Source: Clostridiales bacterium (GTDB taxonomy: Bacteria > Bacillota > Clostridia > DUOD01). Taken from it: 22,205 bases of DNA. The stretch is from assembly GCA_012838995.1 (NCBI GenBank), contig DUOD01000018.1, positions 1 to 22,205 on the forward strand, read 5' to 3'. The stretch's first letter is position 1. Each line of letters starts with the position of its first letter. A program made the translations under genes and the position numbers. A model generated the notes under the pieces. That model was not told the DNA's origin and made no database searches. It was given only the letters and a program-made list of their open reading frames with translations. Below, in pieces: positions 15,805 to 22,205 of this stretch.

Positions 15805-16350
15805 ATGGATGCATTAGGAATGATTGAAATAAATAGTGTAGCAGCTGGTATAGAAGCCGGAGACGCAATGTTAAAGACTGCAGGGGTTACTTTGGTTAAC
15901 GCGCAGCCGGTATGCGCGGGCAAATATATTGTGACCGTTCAAGGTGCTGTTGCGGAGGTTACCAGTTCTGTCAACGCAGGAAAGGAGAGCGCCGGAGATT
16001 CTCTGGTAGACAGCTTCATTATACCCAACGTACACCCCCAAGTGTTTTCAGCATTAGCCTGTGCTTCGGATATAGATGTCGACAATGCCGTAGGAGTAAT
16101 AGAGACATTCTCATTGTCTGCCTGTGTTGTAGCTGCTGATGCTGCCGTTAAAGCAGCTGAGGTTGATCTGCTGGAAATAAGACTTGGGATGGGGCTCGGC
16201 GGCAAATCCTTCGTAATACTAAGTGGAGACGTAAGCGCAGTTAGACATTCCGTTGAATCAGCCGAAAGCAGTATCGGAATAGAGGGGTTGGTAGTACGTA
16301 CTGTTGTTATACCTTCACCCCACAAAGATATTGTTAAGGCTTTGATATAG
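15805..16350 (+). CDS. pduT: Tandem-domain BMC shell protein (BMC-T), PduT-like, with the candidate Fe-S-ligating Cys
   Basis: 181 aa with two BMC domains, [22 protein letters not shown] and [22 protein letters not shown]. Cys37 in PVCAGKY aligns with TICPGKF (Cys38) of Salmonella PduT as I recall it. Confidence 0.8.
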   Translation: MDALGMIEINSVAAGIEAGDAMLKTAGVTLVNAQPVCAGKYIVTVQGAVAEVTSSVNAGKESAGDSLVDSFIIPNVHPQVFSALACASDIDVDNAVGVIETFSLSACVVAADAAVKAAEVDLLEIRLGMGLGGKSFVILSGDVSAVRHSVESAESSIGIEGLVVRTVVIPSPHKDIVKALI

Positions 16351-16387
16351 ATACCCAATATTAATGCGTGAGGTGATGAAGCAGGTT

Positions 16388-16669
16388 ATGATCAAAGAAG
16401 CATTAGGTATGGTTGAAACAAGAGGTTTAGTAGGAGCTATAGAGGCTGCCGACGCCATGGTTAAAGCGGCAAGTGTCAAACTAATAGGCAAAGAAAAGGT
16501 AGGCGGTGGACTGGTTACCGTAATGGTAAGAGGTGATGTTGGAGCGGTAAAGGCAGCCACCGAAGCCGGAGCAGCAGCTGCAAAAAGGGTTGGCGAGCTT
16601 GTATCCATGCACGTTATTCCAAGGCCTCATAGCGATGTGGATGGCATTTTACCAAAGGCATCTGTGTAA
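16388..16669 (+). CDS. BMC-H hexameric shell protein (PduA/EutM-like), pore motif KVGGGL
   Basis: [25 protein letters not shown]...[21 protein letters not shown]...VHVIPRPH. I chose the start at 16388 by analogy with the PduA N-terminus. In-frame ATGs at 16364 and 16376 cannot be excluded. Confidence 0.85.
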   Translation: MIKEALGMVETRGLVGAIEAADAMVKAASVKLIGKEKVGGGLVTVMVRGDVGAVKAATEAGAAAAKRVGELVSMHVIPRPHSDVDGILPKASV

Positions 16670-16802
16670 GCCGGCAAGGCGAATAGCTAAACATTTTTCC
16701 AGGTAGGGGCCATTCTAAAATTAAAGAATTTATAAAGTTTTGCAACAATGGTTTAAGCACAGGACATATCCATGTCTTAATTTTTGAAAATGTTGATAAT
16801 TA

Positions 16803-16823
16803 CAATGTATTAAATATACATTG
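16803..16823. promoter_or_regulatory. 8-bp inverted repeat CAATGTAT-taaat-ATACATTG in the spacer between the two BMC-H genes (operator candidate)
   Basis: Read directly. It overlaps a possible sigma-A-like promoter, TTGATA-N16-TATACA. Confidence 0.3.
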
Positions 16824-16889
16824 GATTAAATGCAACCCAAAATAAAAACAAAAATTATTACAACAAAAATTGAAAGGAGAAAGTGGTCA

Positions 16890-17186
16890 ATGATTGATAA
16901 GGAAGCATTAGGTATGGTTGAAACAAGAGGTTTAGTAGGAGCAATTGAGGCTGCTGACGCTATGGTAAAAGCAGCAAACGTAAGATTGATAGGAAAGGAA
17001 AAAATAGGCAGCGGTCTCGTAACCGTTATGGTAAGAGGCGACGTTGGAGCAGTTAAGGCATCCACCGAAGCCGGTGCTGCAGCTGCAAAAAGGGTTGGAG
17101 AACTTGTATCCGTACACGTCATCCCAAGACCTCATACAGATGTTGAGCAGATTCTGCCCAAGGCAACTTGCAGCGATAGCGAATAA
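16890..17186 (+). CDS. Second BMC-H hexameric shell protein (PduA-like), pore motif KIGSGL
   Basis: I prefer the ATG at 16890 (AAAGGAGA RBS at 16873-16880) to the track start at 16830. It is about 80% identical by eye to the upstream paralog and shares an identical 41-nt DNA block with it. Confidence 0.9.
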   Translation: MIDKEALGMVETRGLVGAIEAADAMVKAANVRLIGKEKIGSGLVTVMVRGDVGAVKASTEAGAAAAKRVGELVSVHVIPRPHTDVEQILPKATCSDSE

Positions 17187-17369
17187 GTTTGTATATAGTC
17201 AGTATAGTTGGCAATACAGTGTTTACAATTAAAAATGCAACCTATCTGGGCTTTGAATCTTTAACAGTCCGGCAGTTGGATTGTAAATTTTTACCGCGCA
17301 CTGACGGTTTTAAAACAGCTGACAATATATGTGTGGGACAAAGTGGTTATATAGAGACATTTAGTTAGA

Positions 17370-17443
17370 GGACGCCAGCAGGATGGCGATAAACATTACC
17401 CGAGCAGCTATAGGTGCCGTGATTGTTGGTGTCCTTTTTATTT
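17370..17443 (+). terminator. Long imperfect hairpin followed by T5AT3 between the shell genes and deoC (terminator/attenuator candidate)
   Basis: ggacgccagcag (17370-17381) pairs with ttgttggtgtcc (17423-17434), giving 12 bp with 4 G-U pairs and a 41-nt loop. tttttattt follows. An alternative local hairpin, cgcca-gcagga-tggcg, competes for the 5' arm. Confidence 0.4.
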
Positions 17444-17496
17444 CAAACTCGATAAAGTAGATACAATCTATATACAAAAGGGTGATTGATTTGGAA

Positions 17497-18279
17497 ATGG
17501 ACAAACTTATAGAAAAACTAACCGAAGAGATATACAAAAAAGTATTGGGTGAAATTCAAAAAACCGGAAGTTTTGACAGTATTCCTGTTAGCACTCCCAG
17601 TGGCGGGGATCGTGGTCTAGCCAGCATGATAGATCATACCCTTTTAAAGCCCGACGCAACCGTGGAAGATGTTAAAAAAGTATGCGAGGAAGCAAAACAA
17701 TACGGATTCGCGTCCGTGTGCATAAACCCCGGATATGTACCCTTGGCAGTACAAACACTGAGGGGAAGTAATGTAAAAACTTGTACGGTAATAGGTTTTC
17801 CCTTGGGAGCTACAACCACAAAGACAAAGGTTGAAGAAACAAAAGAGGCATTAGAAAACGGTGCCAAGGAAATTGACATGGTAATAAATGTGGGTGCTTT
17901 AAAATCCGGCGATATAGATCTCGTAAAAAATGATATAGAAGAGGTAGTAATAGCAGCCAAAGGTAGAGGAATTGTTAAAGTTATCATAGAAACTTGCTTG
18001 TTAACCGATGACGAAAAGGTAAAGGCTTGTACAATAGCCAAGGCAGCTGGAGCGGATTTCGTAAAGACTTCTACAGGCTTTAGCACCGGCGGCGCAACGG
18101 TAGAAGACATTAAATTAATGAGGGAAGTAGTAGGGCCGGACATGGGAGTTAAAGCCTCTGGAGGTATCCGTGATTACGAGACTGCTATGGCGATGATAAA
18201 TGCAGGGGCCAATAGAATCGGAGCCAGCGCTTCAGTGGCTATAGTAAACAAACAAAAAACATCTAAAAAAGGTTACTAG
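17497..18279 (+). CDS. deoC: Deoxyribose-phosphate aldolase family class I aldolase (DeoC/DERA) with a ~40-aa N-terminal extension
   Basis: I prefer the ATG at 17497 (AAGGGTGA RBS) to the GTG at 17482. The core starts at [12 protein letters not shown]. The Schiff-base region DFVKTSTGF and VKVIIET are present. The extension reads [40 protein letters not shown]. Confidence 0.85.
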   Translation: MDKLIEKLTEEIYKKVLGEIQKTGSFDSIPVSTPSGGDRGLASMIDHTLLKPDATVEDVKKVCEEAKQYGFASVCINPGYVPLAVQTLRGSNVKTCTVIGFPLGATTTKTKVEETKEALENGAKEIDMVINVGALKSGDIDLVKNDIEEVVIAAKGRGIVKVIIETCLLTDDEKVKACTIAKAAGADFVKTSTGFSTGGATVEDIKLMREVVGPDMGVKASGGIRDYETAMAMINAGANRIGASASVAIVNKQKTSKKGY

Positions 18280-18302
18280 CATTAAGATTTGGAGGGATTG
18301 TT

Positions 18303-19364
18303 GTGGCTCAAAAAATGAGAGCAGTTAGGTTGTTTGCCCCTGGCGACGTAAGGTGTGTAGAAGTTGATATTCCAAAAATCGAACAGCCTGATGATGTAAT
18401 AGTAAAGGTAAAGTCCTGCGGAGTATGCGGGTCTGATATAGCACGAGTTATGGAAAAAGGTGCCTATCGATATCCTATTACCATAGGTCATGAATTTGCA
18501 GGCGAAGTAGCGGAAGTAGGCAGTGACGAATATGGCATAGAAGTGGGAGACAGGGTAGCTGTAATGCCCCTTATACCCTGTGGCAAGTGTAAGTACTGCG
18601 CCATCGGCGAGTTTGTGTTGTGTGACGAGTATCAGTACTACGGTTCTCGAATTGACGGTGCCATGGCCGAGTACATCAGGGTAAAGGCCCACAACATTTT
18701 GAAAATGCCCTTAGGCGTGGACTATGAGGCCGGATCCATGGTTGATCCCACATCTGTAGGGCTCCATGCAGTGAGAAAGACCAAAATAGAGCCCGGCCAA
18801 AGCGGCGTGGTTTTTGGTTTGGGACCCATCGGTCTCATCACCATGCAGTGGTTAAAGGCTTTAGGCTGTGATAAGGTATTTGCCGTTGATATTTTCGATG
18901 ATAAATTGGATTTAGCTGACCGACTGGGTGCAGATTATTGCATTAACGGCAAGAAACAGGATGCAGTAGAAGCAATAATGGAATTAACCTCAGGCGAAGG
19001 TGTGGATATATCTATCGAACTGGCAGGAAGTATAATTACCCAGGATCAAGCTATACGAGCAACTAAAAAGATGGGTACAGTAGTTTACTGTGGTATTTCT
19101 TATGACGACCTTGTTTTATCCAACGCTACAGTAAACAGGATTTTAAGGGGAGAGCTGACAATTAAGGGTTCTTGGAATTCTTCCATTGCACCGCTACCCA
19201 TCAATGAATGGGAAAGCTCACTTAAATTTATGAAAAACGGTAAGGTGAAAGTAAACCCGCTGATATCACATAGATTTAGGCTGGAAGAATGCCAAGAGTG
19301 TTTCAACATGATGTACCATAAAACCGAAGTGTTTAACAAGGTACTGTTTAAACCCGAGGACTAA
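18303..19364 (+). CDS. Zn-dependent MDR-family dehydrogenase (sorbitol / threonine / galactitol-1-P dehydrogenase-like)
   Basis: GTG start 6 nt after GGAGGG. Catalytic motifs are CGVCGSD and GHEFAG, the structural Zn site is CGKCKYCAIGEFVLC, and the Rossmann motif is VFGLGPIGL. Confidence 0.8.
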   Translation: MAQKMRAVRLFAPGDVRCVEVDIPKIEQPDDVIVKVKSCGVCGSDIARVMEKGAYRYPITIGHEFAGEVAEVGSDEYGIEVGDRVAVMPLIPCGKCKYCAIGEFVLCDEYQYYGSRIDGAMAEYIRVKAHNILKMPLGVDYEAGSMVDPTSVGLHAVRKTKIEPGQSGVVFGLGPIGLITMQWLKALGCDKVFAVDIFDDKLDLADRLGADYCINGKKQDAVEAIMELTSGEGVDISIELAGSIITQDQAIRATKKMGTVVYCGISYDDLVLSNATVNRILRGELTIKGSWNSSIAPLPINEWESSLKFMKNGKVKVNPLISHRFRLEECQECFNMMYHKTEVFNKVLFKPED

Positions 19365-19418
19365 ACTCAAAACAGCGGGAAAAATTAATATAATTCGAGT
19401 AATGGAGTTGTATATAAT

Positions 19419-20456
19419 ATGTTAGCTTATGTATATGACGAGCAAGGAAAATTGTCGCTAAAGGATATGCCCCGTCCTACTGCTAAAAATAATACAGCCG
19501 TAATAAAGGTTGGGGCCTGCTCCATATGCGGTACGGATTTTAGAACATATATGCACGGTAGCAGTAAAATTACACCGCCTAGGATCATTGGCCATGAAGC
19601 CGTAGGAACGATAGTTGAAGTAGGCAGGGATGTTATCGGATTCAGTAAAGGCGAAAGGGTTGCCGTTGCCCCCGCTATTGGATGCGGGGAATGTTACCCT
19701 TGCCAAAGCGGTTATCCCAATATGTGCGATGACCTTCAAACGATAGGCTTTCAATTTGACGGCGGCTTTGCGGAATATATGGAAATCCCCGAAATAGCCT
19801 TTAAGATGGGTAATGTAAATAAACTAGGCAGCTTAATCAGCGATGAAGAAGCCAGCCTTGCAGAACCCACGGCTTGTGTGGTAAATGCCCAGGAGTTTCT
19901 GAATATTAAGAAGGGCGATTACGTGGCCGTATTCGGATCAGGATTTATTGGCTGCATGCATGCCGAACTTGCATTTAGGAGCGGGGCTTCCAAGGTGATT
20001 ATAATCGAGGTTTCCGAAAAGAGAATAAAGCAGGCCGAGGAACTTGTTCCCGGAATTATTACTATAAATTCGACGGAAAAGGATCTTATGACCGAAATAA
20101 TGGACATAACCGAGGGAAGAGGAGTAAATGTTGCAATAACGGCATGTTCAGTCGGCAAGGTCCAGGAAGATGCACTGAATATCGCTTCTAAAAGGGGAAG
20201 GATAAGCCTGTTTGGAGGAATCCCCGGCAGTGGCAAGGGATATATCGACAGTAACGTTATACACTACAAAGAACTGTCGGTGTACGGCGTTCATGCATCA
20301 ACACCTCTCCAGAACAAGAAAGTATTGGACTGGATATCCACGGGCAGTTTGAAGGTGGACAAATATGCAAAAAATATTTATCCCCTAAGGGATATTGAAA
20401 AGGCCTTTGAAGCAATTAAAGGCGGGGACGTTTTAAAGGCAATCATCAAGCCATAA
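19419..20456 (+). CDS. Second Zn-dependent MDR-family dehydrogenase (polyol or sugar-phosphate dehydrogenase-like)
   Basis: Motifs CSICGTD, GHEAVG, CGECYPCQSGYPNMC and VFGSGFIGC. Confidence 0.8.
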   Translation: MLAYVYDEQGKLSLKDMPRPTAKNNTAVIKVGACSICGTDFRTYMHGSSKITPPRIIGHEAVGTIVEVGRDVIGFSKGERVAVAPAIGCGECYPCQSGYPNMCDDLQTIGFQFDGGFAEYMEIPEIAFKMGNVNKLGSLISDEEASLAEPTACVVNAQEFLNIKKGDYVAVFGSGFIGCMHAELAFRSGASKVIIIEVSEKRIKQAEELVPGIITINSTEKDLMTEIMDITEGRGVNVAITACSVGKVQEDALNIASKRGRISLFGGIPGSGKGYIDSNVIHYKELSVYGVHASTPLQNKKVLDWISTGSLKVDKYAKNIYPLRDIEKAFEAIKGGDVLKAIIKP

Positions 20457-20510
20457 AATAAACAGGTGTAAAGGCATTATAATTATGATTAAATGGGGGT
20501 TTGTTAATCA

Positions 20511-21992
20511 ATGGAAAAATTTCTAATATTTGACCTTGGGGCCGGTAGCGGCAGGGCAATAGTTGGGGATTTTGATGATAACAAAATTTCCTTCGAAGAA
20601 ATTCATCGTTTTGACAACCGCCCGGTTTATGCTGCGGGAGAATTATTCTGGGATATACTACGCCTTTACTCGGAAATTAAGAGAGGAATAGAAATTTGCA
20701 GCAAGAAATACGATAATGTACGTTCACTGGCAATCGATACCTGGGGATGCGATTTCGGGCTAATAGACAAAAACGGCAGGCTAATTTGCAATCCTGTAAA
20801 TTATAGGGACAGGAAGAGACATGAACGTGCCGAAAAGCTTCATGAAATAATACCAGAAAAGGAATTATTCCAACTATCCGGCGGACCGCTGGATAGGATA
20901 ATGGGTATTTACCAGTTGTTTTCACTGAAATATGAAAATGCCGTTGAATATCAAAACGCCCATAGACTCCTCATGATACCCGATATTTTCAACTATTTCT
21001 TGACTGGAGAGGCAGTTAACGAATTTACCAATGCTACAATGACCCTCATGTGTAACCAGAATGAAAGAAAGTGGGAAGATAAGATAATATCCAAATTGGG
21101 CTTTACAAGGGAAATTTTCTCAGACCTTAATGAGCCCGGAGTTGTTATTGGGAAATTAACTAAATCCGTATGCGATGAGCTGAGCACCCAAGCTATTCCG
21201 GTTGTCTTACCTCCCACCCACGATACCGCATCTGCTGTAGCAGGCATTCCCGTGGCCGACTACAATAAACCTTGGGCCTTCATAATTCTGGGCACCTGGT
21301 GTATAGGCGGAATAGAAACTTCTGCTCCGGTAATTAATGACAAGGTACTGGAATCAGGATTTGGAAACGAGGGCGGAGTAGAAGGAAAGAACATGCTGCT
21401 TAAGAATACAACGGGTATGTGGCTCAAGCAGCAGTGTAGAGCATCCTGGATGAAGTCTGCCCAGAGGGAGATTTCCTGGGAGGAAATTAACCAGGCAGCA
21501 AACAGCGCCCAGTCTACAGATTCCTATATAGATGTGGACGAAGAGCGTTTCGGCAAGGTTCAGCCTGATATGCCGGGCGTAATTGCCGAGTATTGCAGAG
21601 AAACGGGCCAGAAAGTTCCCTCAACCATGGGTGAAATTACCCGATGTCTCAATGAAAGCCTTGCACTGAAGTTTAGACATAATCTAACCATGCTTCAGGA
21701 ATTTAGCGGCCAGAAACTTGAAGTCCTACATCTGGTTGGTGGAGGAATTAGGGATGAGCTATTATGCCAGCACATAGCCGATGCTCTGGGCATAACAGCC
21801 ATTGCCGGACCTACAGAAACTTCATCTGCAGGCAACCTAATATTCCAACTCAAGGCCGGTGGATACATTAAGGGCGTACAAGAGGGAAGAAAGATATGCA
21901 GGAATTCCTTTGAAATTAAGGAATACGAGCCCCATGACACCGATGTGTGGGACGAGAAGTACGAGAAGTATTTGAAGCTGTTGGAAAGGTAA
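20511..21992 (+). CDS. FGGY-family carbohydrate kinase, rhamnulokinase-like
   Basis: 493 aa. The N-terminus FDLGAGSGRAIVG...EIHRFDNRPV...LFWDILRLYSEIKRGI resembles RhaB-type kinases. The C-terminal motif is GGGIRDELLCQHIADALG. Confidence 0.75.
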   Translation: MEKFLIFDLGAGSGRAIVGDFDDNKISFEEIHRFDNRPVYAAGELFWDILRLYSEIKRGIEICSKKYDNVRSLAIDTWGCDFGLIDKNGRLICNPVNYRDRKRHERAEKLHEIIPEKELFQLSGGPLDRIMGIYQLFSLKYENAVEYQNAHRLLMIPDIFNYFLTGEAVNEFTNATMTLMCNQNERKWEDKIISKLGFTREIFSDLNEPGVVIGKLTKSVCDELSTQAIPVVLPPTHDTASAVAGIPVADYNKPWAFIILGTWCIGGIETSAPVINDKVLESGFGNEGGVEGKNMLLKNTTGMWLKQQCRASWMKSAQREISWEEINQAANSAQSTDSYIDVDEERFGKVQPDMPGVIAEYCRETGQKVPSTMGEITRCLNESLALKFRHNLTMLQEFSGQKLEVLHLVGGGIRDELLCQHIADALGITAIAGPTETSSAGNLIFQLKAGGYIKGVQEGRKICRNSFEIKEYEPHDTDVWDEKYEKYLKLLER

Positions 21993-22088
21993 TAAACGTT
22001 GTATAAAAGTCCCGACGAAGCTTCCATAGTATAAATGTTTGCATGGGTTTTAAAATAATTAAAATATTATGCGGAGGTGCTTAGTATT

Positions 22089-22205
22089 ATGAAGGACAAA
22101 ATGAAAGCTGCAGTGTTTGAGGGCGAAGGAGTATTGAAGATTAAAGAAGTCGATGTCCCCAAGATCGAGAAAGCCGACGAACTGATCGTAGAGGTAGAAA
22201 TGTGC
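22089..22205 (+). CDS. Third Zn-dependent MDR dehydrogenase, 5' fragment truncated by the window end
   Basis: ATG 9 nt after GGAGGTG. The 39 codons read MKDKMKAAVFEGEGVLKIKEVDVPKIEKADELIVEVEMC, a typical MDR N-terminus ending at the catalytic-Zn Cys. Confidence 0.7.
   Translation, partial: MKDKMKAAVFEGEGVLKIKEVDVPKIEKADELIVEVEMC

Noticed and set aside
17044-17232. A 62-aa + strand ORF overlapping the 3' end of the second BMC-H gene and running into the spacer, considered as a candidate missing BMC-P.
   Set aside because: It is in an alternate frame inside a confident gene, has no RBS, and its sequence does not resemble EutN/CcmL.
17187-17496. A known riboswitch class (B12, T-box, c-di-GMP and others) in the pre-deoC spacer and in the leaders at 4915-5256 and 12765-12983.
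   Set aside because: I could not recognise any conserved core, such as a B12 box or T-box specifier/antiterminator bulge. They are reported only as generic structured candidates.

Overview
All supported genes are on the + strand, and I found no tRNA, rRNA, CRISPR array or mobile element. Strong GGAGG-type RBSs, a lipoprotein solute-binding protein and the gene content suggest a low-GC Gram-positive, Clostridia-like host (inference). The window has three blocks. (1) 176-4178 holds four sugar-modifying genes: two xylose-isomerase-fold TIM barrels, a RhaM-family mutarotase, and an M24 'pita-bread' protein with most canonical metal ligands substituted. (2) 5257-10049 is a CUT2/rhamnose-type sugar ABC importer (lipoprotein SBP, tandem-domain ATPase, two permeases), preceded by an unusually long 1.08-kb non-coding gap. 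(3) 10422-22205 is a SorC-family regulator translationally abutted to a bacterial microcompartment (BMC) operon. That operon encodes PduL, an unknown 240-aa protein, an acylating aldehyde dehydrogenase, a PduS-like flavo-FeS protein, a PduT-like BMC-T and two PduA-like BMC-H. These are followed by a DeoC class I aldolase with an N-terminal extension, Zn-dependent MDR dehydrogenases (two complete, one truncated by the window end) and a rhamnulokinase-like FGGY kinase. The main point is that no B12 diol dehydratase, ethanolamine ammonia-lyase or glycyl-radical enzyme is present. The only aldehyde-generating candidate is DeoC, which like PduL, the aldehyde dehydrogenase and the unknown protein carries an encapsulation-peptide-like N-terminal helix. 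From memory this matches the bioinformatically named 'SPU' (sugar-phosphate utilisation) BMC class, whose substrate is to my knowledge not experimentally established. Here it is fused to a rhamnose-like uptake, mutarotase and kinase front end. The second notable signal is a ~30-100-nt promoter-like module repeated four times. Its -35/-10 elements fit the sigma-H consensus (as I recall it) better than sigma-A, and three copies carry a conserved downstream inverted repeat. Two copies lie in tandem before sorC, one lies before the ABC operon, and one is orphan inside the 1.08-kb gap. No BMC-P (pentamer) gene lies in the window.
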